In this document: positions 18,142 through 26,716 of the stretch, one piece after another
How positions within the stretch are numbered: position 1 is the first letter of the stretch
Layout: every line of letters starts with the position of its first letter
DNA from: a virus
Taxonomy: Duplodnaviria > Caudoviricetes
Length of the DNA: 64,000 bases
Virus record (IMG/VR): IMGVR_UViG_3300024283_000001
Location: 1,554-65,553 of that record
Direction: 5' to 3' (one strand)
Program-made: the position numbers and the translations under genes
Notes under the pieces: generated by a model
Told to the model about the DNA's origin: nothing
The model's input: the letters and a program-made list of their open reading frames with translations, nothing else
Databases searched by the model: none

Positions 18142-18340
18142 TCGTTAACTCCTTCGGCTCACGAACGATCGTGAAATCCGCGGGGAGGTCTTTGTCGGTC
18201 GGCTTCACCCAGGTGTTGTGCTCCAGGCTCCACTCGAGGGCGTCGGCCACAATCGAGCAATCCATTTTGTCGGCGAGAGCGATCGCTTCGGCTACGACTT
18301 GCCGGTCGGGTCCGATCCGGGTTGGTTTCTGCTGGGCCAT
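18128..18340 (-). CDS. Hypothetical protein, 70 aa (start MAQQKP)
   Basis: TGATG overlap with terminase stop. Confidence 0.55.
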   Translation of the reverse strand: MAQQKPTRIGPDRQVVAEAIALADKMDCSIVADALEWSLEHNTWVKPTDKDLPADFTIVREPKELTNGKT

Positions 18341-19944
18341 CAGTGCTTCACTCGATGCATCCACGAGGGCTGAATCACCTGCTTGGGGCCTCGGCGCCCG
18401 GCAGCCTGTTCGATGTTCCACTCTTTGTACGCGACAACCGAGCGGGTGAAATCATCTTTGATGCCGGCCAGTTTCTCGCGGAGCAGAACTTCCTTCGGCT
18501 TGTCGGTCGCGTCCAGTAGAACGCCGGCGACAGCATAGCGCATCGAGTCTCCGCAGTCATCGGTTAAACTCACGCCTTTCGGCTTTACCACGTCTTCCAA
18601 GGAGCAGGTTATCCCGTCGCCGCGGACAAGCAGCGGGATCGACTCGGCCAGGTTCTGGCACGTGCCCTCGAGCAGGAACCAGTCGTCCATCTCAAGCATC
18701 GAGTACATCTTGGTCCAGCCGGCAACGCGGTCTGTGTTCGATCGCGTGGGCCTGGGCAAGCCGGCCGCGGCCAGAATATCGCCGACCATATCGGAAACGC
18801 TGATTACGTTCCCGCTCTTGTCCTTCGTCGTCTTGTTGAAACGCTCCCAGGAGAAATGAATCGAATCGATGTCCCAGGCGTAGCCGGTCTCTTCGCGCGT
18901 CTCCGGGTCGTAAGTTCGCGGAATCGACAGAATCAACGCCTCGGTCTGTTCTTCCGGGGTCTTCTGCTCGAGGATGAGCTCCTGTAGCGTCACGTTTACC
19001 CACCGCGGTTTCTCGCCTTCAAACCGTGGCTTCAGGATCGCCTTTGTCCAGAAGCTGATCACTGCGAAGTGGCCGAAGCCATAGTCCCATCCAACCCACA
19101 CGGGCTGCCAGGATTCAAACTTGAACGCCGACGCCGGCAAGACGTGGCGCCGTTCCTCGAAGTTGCCGAAATACTGGCCGCTGACCGTCTCGATATTTCC
19201 CCACCTGATTTTGTCGCGTAGAGGAGACTTCTCGAGCGAGGAAATGTACGCCTCATCGTTCTTAAGGATTTCGTTCTGATCGACGGTCGAATGAATGAAC
19301 TGGTAGTCGTTCGGGTTGTACTTCTCCGGGTCCATCCCGTGAATCGGTTTCTTGTCGATCCACAGCTTCTTGATCCAGCCCCAACCGATACCCATCGGAT
19401 TGGTGACGCCAGCCATGCACGGTCGCGCGCCAGGTATCGTGCAGCGGTTGCGTCCTTCCATCGCGTCATAAATCAAATAGGGGAACTCGCCCAACTCTTC
19501 GAAGCCGATGAACACGAACTCCGTCGACAGGTACTTGCCCACGTCTTCGATGCGTTCGCACGCACCGAAGTAGAGTTTGCTTTGCCGGCGTGTCACCGGG
19601 TCCGGTGGAAAATAGACGATGTGATCGCTCTTGTTAAAGGTGCCGCGAAGTTGGCTGCCACCCTCGTAAACATACTTCGGAATGTCCGCTTCGAACTTGT
19701 CGATTACTGTGCGCTTCAGATCGGGCATCGTCTTGCGAAGGATGATCGAGTTCGAGCCCGGGTACTCCATGCAGTGGAGCACGGCCTCCATCAAGAGTGG
19801 CCGCGACTTGCCGGATCCAAAGCCGCCGACGTGAAGGCGGTGCTTCGCCGGCATCGAGTGAAAGAGTCTTTGGTGTTCCCAGGGCTGATAAAAATCGGAG
19901 ATTCGAATCGGTCTACCGGGAATGTATTGAGCGGCTGTGGCCAC
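18340..19944 (-). CDS. terL: Terminase large subunit, 534 aa
   Basis: Walker A GGFGSGKS, Walker B FIGFEE, coupling motif GVTNP, nuclease motifs VGWDYG and DDCGDSMRY. Confidence 0.92.
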   Translation of the reverse strand: MATAAQYIPGRPIRISDFYQPWEHQRLFHSMPAKHRLHVGGFGSGKSRPLLMEAVLHCMEYPGSNSIILRKTMPDLKRTVIDKFEADIPKYVYEGGSQLRGTFNKSDHIVYFPPDPVTRRQSKLYFGACERIEDVGKYLSTEFVFIGFEELGEFPYLIYDAMEGRNRCTIPGARPCMAGVTNPMGIGWGWIKKLWIDKKPIHGMDPEKYNPNDYQFIHSTVDQNEILKNDEAYISSLEKSPLRDKIRWGNIETVSGQYFGNFEERRHVLPASAFKFESWQPVWVGWDYGFGHFAVISFWTKAILKPRFEGEKPRWVNVTLQELILEQKTPEEQTEALILSIPRTYDPETREETGYAWDIDSIHFSWERFNKTTKDKSGNVISVSDMVGDILAAAGLPRPTRSNTDRVAGWTKMYSMLEMDDWFLLEGTCQNLAESIPLLVRGDGITCSLEDVVKPKGVSLTDDCGDSMRYAVAGVLLDATDKPKEVLLREKLAGIKDDFTRSVVAYKEWNIEQAAGRRGPKQVIQPSWMHRVKH

Positions 19945-20176
19945 GGAGGAAGGTTAACACGTTCGGTACTCAGGGGAGCCGCAGCGTTTCGGGTGTGGAC
20001 TCAGCGTGTTACTCGGCTCATCGCCGCCTCGCCTTTTCTCTCGCCCTTGTCGCTACGCTGGCCAGATGCTCCCCCTTTCCCATTGGCGTTTAGGGTAAGT
20101 CGAAGATCTTTGTGCGCCAGAAGCTGCCCTCCCTCCCAGGAAAGCAGCCCCCGGTCCATCCAGCACTCTAGGGAAT

Positions 20177-20587
20177 CTACTTGGCGCCGCGAATCTCGTC
20201 AAGAGTCATGCCGCAGGCCAAGCACAAGATTTCTTGTTTTAGCTTCGTCGTGTGGTGAAACGCTTTCGATGGATCCGGGAGTTCCGTGTTCGGAATCTGC
20301 CTCTCGAGCACGCTGATTCGATGGCCAGCACTTCGGCAGACCTGCCTTTCGACATTCGCCATCGAGAGTGGCTCCTGCGTCGCCGTCGTGAGGATTAGAT
20401 TGCTGACCACGCGCTCGTTCTCTGGTTGAAGTGCTGGCGTCGCCCTATCCGGTGGATATCGCAGATCATGGATCTGATCGCTGTGGTCGTTCACTTTCCG
20501 CGATAGGTCTAGGAGATTGTCCTTCTGCTTCTCCAACAGAATGAAGACCTGTTTGAGTCCCGCTATCTCCTTCGATTTGGTGGCCAT
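20177..20587 (-). CDS. Hypothetical protein (start MATKSKE)
   Basis: SD-like upstream; coiled coil plus C...C/CxxC. Confidence 0.5.
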   Translation of the reverse strand: MATKSKEIAGLKQVFILLEKQKDNLLDLSRKVNDHSDQIHDLRYPPDRATPALQPENERVVSNLILTTATQEPLSMANVERQVCRSAGHRISVLERQIPNTELPDPSKAFHHTTKLKQEILCLACGMTLDEIRGAK

Positions 20588-20873
20588 CTTTCTCTTCTTT
20601 CTGCTCGACCGCAATGTAGTTAAACGCGTTCGGAGCGACCTGCACTTCACGGAACTCGACGCCTGGAAATCCTTTTTCGAGGGCCTCAATCATCGTATCG
20701 CACGCCTCGCGGATGTTTTCGAGCGTGTATCCCTTGCCCGGTGCCGCACGGTGACGCTTCGTTTTGACGTCGGCTCCGATGATCAGCTTTATGTCGATGT
20801 GCCGATAGAGCAGCCCTTCCGTATTTGCAAAGCGAAGTCGTGGCTTCCAGTTGCGTTTCCTGCCGTGCATCAC
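20466..20873 (-). CDS. Hypothetical protein, 135 aa
   Basis: GGAG SD, 4-nt overlap with upstream gene. Confidence 0.5.
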   Translation of the reverse strand: MMHGRKRNWKPRLRFANTEGLLYRHIDIKLIIGADVKTKRHRAAPGKGYTLENIREACDTMIEALEKGFPGVEFREVQVAPNAFNYIAVEQKEEKDGHQIEGDSGTQTGLHSVGEAEGQSPRPIAESERPQRSDP

Positions 20874-21121
20874 TCCTCCCGACGAATCGGCCGCTTCAAT
20901 CCGAGGCGCAGGAGTTCATCCAGCTTGGCCGTCTCAATTGTTCGGTTGTTTGTGTTGAACACGTGAATAAGCTGATCCCGGAACCAGGCGATGTCGTGGG
21001 TGTAGCAGATGAGGACCTTCGAATCCTGGCTGGCCAGCGGCTGGCCCTTCCGGATCCGGTCGAGGTTATCGATGCTCAGGATCAGGACGTGCTTCTCGTC
21101 TGGAGTAGTGAAGTAGATCAC
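20870..21121 (-). CDS. Hypothetical protein (start GTG 21121)
   Basis: GTGA overlap with upstream stop. Confidence 0.5.
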   Translation of the reverse strand: MIYFTTPDEKHVLILSIDNLDRIRKGQPLASQDSKVLICYTHDIAWFRDQLIHVFNTNNRTIETAKLDELLRLGLKRPIRREE

Positions 21122-21531
21122 GACTGGATAACCTCCACGTCCACGCGCTCGTAGGTCTTGGCGAAGATATCCGGCTTGCACGGGTATATTTCGCCGGCAA
21201 CACCCGTGATCACCCAGTCGCCTGGGCAAACTATGTGGCCGCCTTCTTTCGTGTCGATCCATCCGTGATCGTGCATCCTTTGATCGCAATGTTTGCAGCG
21301 AACTTCACCAGAGACATCAGGCCGACGGAAATAGCGGACCACGTCGCCTTCCCAGTTGAGCGCCTTGCGGTACTCCGCCGTGATCTCTTGGTCGGAAATG
21401 GCGTCCCTGCGAGGACGGACGTAGTCGAGCGGGTGATCGCCATTCTTGAACCACTGCGCGGCTTCAATGACAACGGGAAGCTTGCGGTACTTCCTGAGCA
21501 GCTTAACTGTTGGGTGATTCTCTGGATTCAC
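21118..21531 (-). CDS. Conserved phage protein (YRKxPVVIEA...PGDW...YPCKPDIFxxTYE family) with CxxC-H-H insert
   Basis: Recognisable family motifs; function unknown. Confidence 0.75.
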   Translation of the reverse strand: MNPENHPTVKLLRKYRKLPVVIEAAQWFKNGDHPLDYVRPRRDAISDQEITAEYRKALNWEGDVVRYFRRPDVSGEVRCKHCDQRMHDHGWIDTKEGGHIVCPGDWVITGVAGEIYPCKPDIFAKTYERVDVEVIQS

Positions 21532-21616
21532 TTGCGTACCTCCATCAGGATCGCGATGATCGTAATGATCAAGGAGATCACCAGAAAGAGCATCAGAAGT
21601 GCGTTCTGCTTCTTAC

Positions 21617-22051
21617 TCATCGCTGGATCTCTAATCCGAGATTCCCAACGATGCCCTGTGTGCGCGTCAGGAATTCGTGGAAAGTTTGCTTCCCTTTCAT
21701 CGAATTGCAGATCTTACAGCAAGCAATTGTGTTGTGCGCGTCGTAGCGAGGTTCGTTGTTCATGCGATCAACTCCTCCACGCGCTGGCTCACCGCAGAAA
21801 AAACACGGCGCGCCCCACAACCACACAACGAAATCCTCAAAAGAAAGATTCCACGCGATGTTGCGTTTAAGGGCATTGCCTTTCAGCTCGGAGTAGCGAC
21901 GGTATGGAGATTCCCTGCGAAGCTTTTTCTGTTGCTCTGAATGGCAAGACCTACACCATCGATGCCGACCCCGAGGACGTCCATTGTCCACAAAGAACAT
22001 TTCAGGATCGAGATCGGCCTTGCACAAGCTACAGATCATTCTCCACCGCAC
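21617..22051 (-). CDS. HNH-like endonuclease with Zn fingers, 144 aa
   Basis: CxxC pairs, GVDRMNN...NTIACCKICNSMKG. Confidence 0.7.
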   Translation of the reverse strand: MRWRMICSLCKADLDPEMFFVDNGRPRGRHRWCRSCHSEQQKKLRRESPYRRYSELKGNALKRNIAWNLSFEDFVVWLWGAPCFFCGEPARGGVDRMNNEPRYDAHNTIACCKICNSMKGKQTFHEFLTRTQGIVGNLGLEIQR

Positions 22052-22251
22052 GCTATCGATGCATTAGCCGTGAATGTCGCTTCACGGATCTTCCGCACGG
22101 CGGCCGTCTGATCAGCGCTCGGTGGTGTGTTCTCGACGACGACCTCGGCGAAATGCTTCGCTGCCTCGCGGATCGCCTGGTACTTCGGCAGCTGCTCCGG
22201 CGTCGGGCTGTGGTAAGAAAACCAGTTCTCCAGATTTGCTTTCGTGATCAT
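22036..22251 (-). CDS. Helical-hairpin protein resembling the Acb2/Tad1 nucleotide-sponge family, 71 aa
   Basis: FSYHSPTPEQ..KY..IR..A..FA......P.SADQ..A..KI.EA.F.ANA.IA pattern, recalled from memory. Confidence 0.5.
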   Translation of the reverse strand: MITKANLENWFSYHSPTPEQLPKYQAIREAAKHFAEVVVENTPPSADQTAAVRKIREATFTANASIACGGE

Positions 22252-22360
22252 GCTTTTCTCCTTTTATCCCAGCCCCGTGTTTCATCCCGTACCACCTTCG
22301 GTTTCACTTGCAGAATTGGGGTTTTCTCTCCCCACCGAATCGGACACGGGGCCGAGATCT

Positions 22361-22990
22361 CTATGCCGCCAGCTTCGTTTCGTTCGCGGTGCGAATGAAA
22401 GCTTCCTCGTCCGTCTCGAGCCACATCTTCTGGCTCACCGCGATGTCATCAGCTGGCAGCGATTCGTTTGGATGGATACAGAAGAGCGACGTGGCTTTCT
22501 TCGTCGCCGGATCCAGGCGCTCAACCTTGCGCCCGGGCTTAATGCGGTAAAGTCTTCCGCTCGAGGTCTCGAGATCGAAGAAGTGTTCTCGCTTGAGCTG
22601 CTCGCGCTGTTCGTCGTTCAGTGTCGCCTCGAGGAGCTCACGGGCGCGTGCCGAGATCTTCTTCTGTTGTTCGTCCCACTCAGCCTGTCTCTTGAGTCGC
22701 GCCACCATCTCTTCTTCGGTTTCTGGAGTCTGCGGCCAGTCACCGTAGTAGACCACGTTCCCTGTGGTATACGTTTGCGTGATGGGAACTGCGTACACAG
22801 TCGCAGTGTTCAGTGTCCCGTAGACCTGCTGGTAGCTGACATAGCTGTTTACGGTGGCGCTCGTGATCGGCGTTTGAGCGTAGCCGTAGAGAGCGTTGAC
22901 GTTGGGGTTGTACCAGACGTTCGGAGTGTAATTACTGGCGACGGCTGAAGTTCCGTACGGATTATAGATTCCCGCTGGGCTGTAGGGCAT
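22361..22990 (-). CDS. Hypothetical protein with Y/N/T-rich N-terminus and GRLYRI...CIHPN...QKMWLETDE..F...AN domain, 209 aa
   Basis: Translation; co-oriented with diGly protein. Confidence 0.75.
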   Translation of the reverse strand: MPYSPAGIYNPYGTSAVASNYTPNVWYNPNVNALYGYAQTPITSATVNSYVSYQQVYGTLNTATVYAVPITQTYTTGNVVYYGDWPQTPETEEEMVARLKRQAEWDEQQKKISARARELLEATLNDEQREQLKREHFFDLETSSGRLYRIKPGRKVERLDPATKKATSLFCIHPNESLPADDIAVSQKMWLETDEEAFIRTANETKLAA

Positions 22991-22993
22991 CGT

Positions 22994-23362
22994 TCACTTT
23001 CTGAGTGGCGGCCACGCGTCTGGATCTGTGGGGACATACATCCAGCGCGCAACGATCACAGTCTTGCCGTCCTGAGTTCCGATTGTCTCGACGCCCCGGT
23101 AGTACACACGGCGAGCGCTTGGCAGCGATTCCATCTCGACTTCATCGGAATAGATGTGAAAGCCGGACTGATACTTCGAGCGCCAGTCGCCGATCTTTTT
23201 GCTCTCGGCTTTGATCCACTGATCCATGGGCACGTCCAGCTTGCCGTCAATGCCGACATTCTGGAAATGCAACTCGCCACCCCAGCCGTTGAACTGTTTC
23301 CAACCACACATGATCAGCTCTTCGCAGTCGGGATCTTTGTTAGTGATTTTATCGAGACGCAT
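22994..23362 (-). CDS. Hypothetical protein, 122 aa
   Basis: Tightly packed in operon. Confidence 0.65.
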   Translation of the reverse strand: MRLDKITNKDPDCEELIMCGWKQFNGWGGELHFQNVGIDGKLDVPMDQWIKAESKKIGDWRSKYQSGFHIYSDEVEMESLPSARRVYYRGVETIGTQDGKTVIVARWMYVPTDPDAWPPLRK

Positions 23363-23370
23363 CGGCGGGG

Positions 23371-23595
23371 CTATCCTCCGACCATCGGCGGCACGAAGAT
23401 GATCCGCTCTTCCATGGGATCGAACTCCGCGAGACTTTGCCCTTTCGAGTTCCGCTTGTCAACGGCAAAAGCGGCGTAGCCTTTCTTCTGCATCTCGCGA
23501 AACTTCGCGCGAGCTTCTTCGACCTGACGTGGATTTTCCGGATCCCACTGGATGCGCGTGTCACCCGTGTGATCGAGTGTGCTGAGTGTGCCCAT
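23371..23595 (-). CDS. Small protein ending in diglycine (PPMVGG), 74 aa
   Basis: GGAGG SD; TAG directly after GG. Confidence 0.8.
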   Translation of the reverse strand: MGTLSTLDHTGDTRIQWDPENPRQVEEARAKFREMQKKGYAAFAVDKRNSKGQSLAEFDPMEERIIFVPPMVGG

Positions 23596-23609
23596 CTTTC
23601 CTCCCCGAT

Positions 23610-23894
23610 TTAGTTGCGTTGCTCTGACGTCTGATCAGCCTCACCGCTCTGCAGCCGCTGGAGCAATTCTGTCAACGTCTTGATCATGTCCTGTCGATCA
23701 GAGTTCGAGATGTATGTGAACTCCGGGCCCTCGAACGAGAACAGACATAACATGAATCCGTTTGCCTTGAGCTCGCGGCCTTTGTTGATCACGCTGCCGA
23801 TGACATTTCCGATTGATCGTGCCTGGTGCTCGAGGTCACGCATCTTGTCTGGATCTATCGGTCTCACTTCGCCCACCTCAAGAAGCTCTTCCAT
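23610..23894 (-). CDS. Hypothetical protein, paralog of 36809..37063
   Basis: Shared FSFEGPEFT.ISN.DR.DM.KT and DQTSEQRN. Confidence 0.75.
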   Translation of the reverse strand: MEELLEVGEVRPIDPDKMRDLEHQARSIGNVIGSVINKGRELKANGFMLCLFSFEGPEFTYISNSDRQDMIKTLTELLQRLQSGEADQTSEQRN

Positions 23895-23991
23895 TGCCGC
23901 AGGATCGCTTCAAAGTCGTTCGCCATCCACTCACCGATCCCCGGCACCTCGAGATACCACGACAGATGCCACTTATAGATCCGAGCCTTCT

Positions 23992-24729
23992 TCACTTCTT
24001 GCCTTTCAGCTCTCGACGAAACTTGCAGATCTGGCAGTCGGGTCTGTCACAGGAATGGACTTCATTCCCCAGTGCTCGAGCGAGAGATAATCCACTCGCG
24101 AGTTGGGCCCGGGAAGATTCTGGAGCCACGCGAGGAATATCGCCTGAAGCTGTGGCTTTGTCAGGAACGGATGCAGAGGCCGCTCTTCGAGGCACAGCAT
24201 TTCCTCTGCGCGGCCGACTACGCCGTTCACGACGAGCAGGGTCTCCCATCCGTACGGAGTGCGCCGCACGATTGTCTGCACGCTTACCATTTCTCACCTT
24301 CGCTTCCCGGGCCGGGGAAGATATTTGTCTCTGGCACTGAGAGCGGATCCACTCAGCAAGCTTCATGTCATCTTGATCAGCCGCTCGTTTCCATTTTTCG
24401 TAAACATCGTCGTCCAGCTTCAAGAGATAGGTTTTCAAGTGATCAATCCTGAACTTTCTCCTCGGGGTCATCTGACCTGCGGTGTACTTAATTTTATTCG
24501 CCCTCGGCTTGTATTCCCTGATCAACCGCTTCTCGAGATCAATTGCCTCCTGTCGATTTGTGCACCAGTTCAGTTCAAGGACTTCGATATTTTTCTGATT
24601 TTCTTCAAACGTCTCATGCTTCCTGAATCGCTGCATTCCGATAAACGATCTGCCGACGTAGATGCAAGTACCTCTCTTGGACCACGCAACATAAACCAAG
24701 CAACTGTCAGCGGTGGCCGGATCTCGCAT
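23992..24729 (-). CDS. GIY-YIG-like nuclease fused to ribbon-helix-helix-like domain
   Basis: VYVAW...CIYVGRS...R...H...E...LE..LI...P..N; TYLLKLDDDVYEKWKRAA...LAEWIR; leaderless start at 24729 suggested by promoter. Confidence 0.6.
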   Translation of the reverse strand: MRDPATADSCLVYVAWSKRGTCIYVGRSFIGMQRFRKHETFEENQKNIEVLELNWCTNRQEAIDLEKRLIREYKPRANKIKYTAGQMTPRRKFRIDHLKTYLLKLDDDVYEKWKRAADQDDMKLAEWIRSQCQRQISSPAREAKVRNGKRADNRAAHSVRMGDPARRERRSRPRRGNAVPRRAASASVPDKATASGDIPRVAPESSRAQLASGLSLARALGNEVHSCDRPDCQICKFRRELKGKK

Positions 24730-24736
24730 CGGGCTC

Positions 24737-24766
24737 ATCTTAAAGGACAGTATATATAGTGGTCAA
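24737..24766 (-). promoter_or_regulatory. Sigma70-type promoter with AGTATATA repeats
   Basis: TTGACC-N18-TAAGAT; ATG 7 nt after the -10. Confidence 0.5.
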
Positions 24767-24776
24767 GAGTATATAT

Positions 24777-25007
24777 TCACGAATGGCGTGGACAGAGATC
24801 TTTGTTCTCACCAATCGGCTTCGCGCAGCTGGCGCAGATCGGCGCGTCGCAGGTGATCACACGGCCGTCGAGCGTGCGGCCCAGCTCGTAATCGCATTCT
24901 CGCGTAGCTTGCAGATGGCAGAACGCACACTTCTTCCCACGGCGTTTCGCAAAACGCACGATGGCCACGCTGCCATCCGGGAACTTGATGTGCTCGCAGG
25001 GACTCAT
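24777..25007 (-). CDS. Cys-rich Zn-finger-like protein, 76 aa
   Basis: CxxC...CD...CD..IC..C...C..H. Confidence 0.6.
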   Translation of the reverse strand: MSPCEHIKFPDGSVAIVRFAKRRGKKCAFCHLQATRECDYELGRTLDGRVITCDAPICASCAKPIGENKDLCPRHS

Positions 25008-25351
25008 CGGTGCTCGAAACTATCTTCTTCTCCGCACATCGAGTGCAGGACATCGACATCAAAGTGTGGCCCGAAGATCGCGCGGCCTCGATACGTGAAC
25101 CACTCACGCGTGCGGTGCTCCATGCTGGTGATCGCGCACTTGAAAGCGGTGCGGACGACTTCGCTCTTTGTCATCATCGGAGAAAGCAGCCAGCGCCTGG
25201 TAAACTGCGCTTCCGGCTTCAACGTCCTCGTATCCGCTTCGATGTAGACCGCGTGCAGGTACATCTCTCCGCGTCCATCGACTTCAGCGGTGAACTTGTA
25301 CTCGTGGAAGCTGCACTCCTTCACGATGGCGCGGATCTGTTCGATGTTCAC
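25004..25351 (-). CDS. Conserved phage hypothetical protein, 115 aa
   Basis: RRWLLS..MTKSEVV.TAFK...EH..RE.F.Y.G..IFGPH.DV pattern. Confidence 0.7.
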   Translation of the reverse strand: MNIEQIRAIVKECSFHEYKFTAEVDGRGEMYLHAVYIEADTRTLKPEAQFTRRWLLSPMMTKSEVVRTAFKCAITSMEHRTREWFTYRGRAIFGPHFDVDVLHSMCGEEDSFEHR

Positions 25352-25686
25352 GGCTTCTCCTCCCCCTGTGCTCGGGCCGCGTCAACTCCGCGATTGTAGG
25401 CGCGTAGCAGACCATTCACGATTGCGTTGTGCCAATCAACGGGCGCATGCGCCCGGGCAAAGCGAATCACATCCAACGCTGCGGGTGTCCACCAATTCTC
25501 ACCCGCTGGTGGCTCCCCGCTCCCCTGCACGCTGGCTGGCCGCTCGGCCGGCTTCTCCGCGAGTGCGGCTTCAATCCGGTCAGCGATATGATTAAACCCA
25601 TCCCGCACTGGGCCAGTAATATCGGCTCGCCCCCATATCTTCATTTCACGCAGGTCCTTCACAATTTCCCGCAGTTCCTTTTCCAT
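25348..25686 (-). CDS. Hypothetical protein, 112 aa
   Basis: GGAGGGG SD; 4-nt overlap. Confidence 0.6.
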   Translation of the reverse strand: MEKELREIVKDLREMKIWGRADITGPVRDGFNHIADRIEAALAEKPAERPASVQGSGEPPAGENWWTPAALDVIRFARAHAPVDWHNAIVNGLLRAYNRGVDAARAQGEEKP

Positions 25687-25757
25687 ATACGCCCCCTCCG
25701 CCGCTCAGTCCGCATCAATCGCGTGCTCGCACACCCACTAACTCCCCGGCTCATCTG

Positions 25758-25967
25758 TCACCACCTGCCAGTAATATTTGCTCTGGCAGCCTTCGACCTC
25801 CGCTGGCACTTCGGTGACAGGCGGTAGGTAGACCTCGATTTCCTTGCCGCCCCGCAGCGTATACAGAATCCAACTTCAAACTTGTGCTCTGGCCAGCGCA
25901 GATATTTGCCAACTCGCTCCGCGCCTTCCGTTACTTGGGATTCGTACAAATAAACTACCCGGCACAC
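25758..25967 (-). CDS. Small Zn-ribbon-like hypothetical protein
   Basis: H.F...CIRC; short ORF. Confidence 0.4.
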   Translation of the reverse strand: MCRVVYLYESQVTEGAERVGKYLRWPEHKFEVGFCIRCGAARKSRSTYRLSPKCQRRSKAARANITGRW

Positions 25968-25992
25968 CGCGTCACCCTTTCCGCGCCTCGGC

Positions 25993-26217
25993 CTACGCTC
26001 CCGCCAGATACGTTAGAAACAGATCGTAGTCCTCAGGCGTGCCGAAGCTGCTGGCGACAGTGATTGGCCATGAGGGATACGCCACCTTCACCCTCGGATC
26101 AGCTTCCAGCTTCCCGACCAGTAGCCGCTTGCACGCGGGATTCTCGCAGCGGTATACGTCCTTCTCCCATGTTCCGTGATTCACTTGCTTGACTACGTGG
26201 ATGTGATTGCATTCCAT
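25993..26217 (-). CDS. Small Zn-ribbon-like protein, 74 aa
   Basis: CNH...YRCENPAC. Confidence 0.55.
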   Translation of the reverse strand: MECNHIHVVKQVNHGTWEKDVYRCENPACKRLLVGKLEADPRVKVAYPSWPITVASSFGTPEDYDLFLTYLAGA

Positions 26218-26359
26218 CGCTCACGCTCCTGTCACGCTATCTAACTTTAAGATGATCCACGCCACGCCTGCGACGACAGCCAGAATCCCCGCTCCCCACA
26301 GGCCGTAGTAAAAAACATCCCACCATTCCCACCAGCCCATCACGCGCCTCCTGCCTTGC

Positions 26360-26557
26360 TCAAATTTTGTCCCATATCTTTGCGAGAGATTTCTTCTGGT
26401 CCTCTGAAAGGTAACGCTTCCGCGTCCATTGCTCTGAAATACTCGGGATGAAGTTCTTCTCCCACGGAGTTAGGCGCCGATCATCTATTTCGACGAGCGA
26501 CTCCAGTTCGGGGAGCATATAGTCGATTGCTTTGTCGGTGAGCTCGTGGAGTTCCAT
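26360..26557 (-). CDS. Hypothetical protein, 65 aa (LTPWEKNFI.SI.EQ...LS..Q...L..IW)
   Basis: GAGGTG SD; common small phage motif. Confidence 0.6.
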   Translation of the reverse strand: MELHELTDKAIDYMLPELESLVEIDDRRLTPWEKNFIPSISEQWTRKRYLSEDQKKSLAKIWDKI

Positions 26558-26559
26558 GA

Positions 26560-26685
26560 TCACCTCATCACTACAGCCATGAACAGAACGCCGGTGGCGA
26601 ATCCAATGCAGGCGCCGAGCACGAGGCCGATGGCGAGTCTGTCCCACTTGCCCGTTCTCATTTTGAATGCGGTCACGGTATACAT
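26560..26685 (-). CDS. Small membrane peptide, 41 aa
   Basis: AGGAGAGG SD; one hydrophobic segment. Confidence 0.5.
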   Translation of the reverse strand: MYTVTAFKMRTGKWDRLAIGLVLGACIGFATGVLFMAVVMR

Positions 26686-26716
26686 CCTCTCCTGTGGGGG
26701 CACAGTATATACTCTT

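Noticed and set aside
19981-20010. CTGAG...GAAAC resembling a hammerhead ribozyme core
   Set aside because: Lacks the CUGANGA consensus and the required stems
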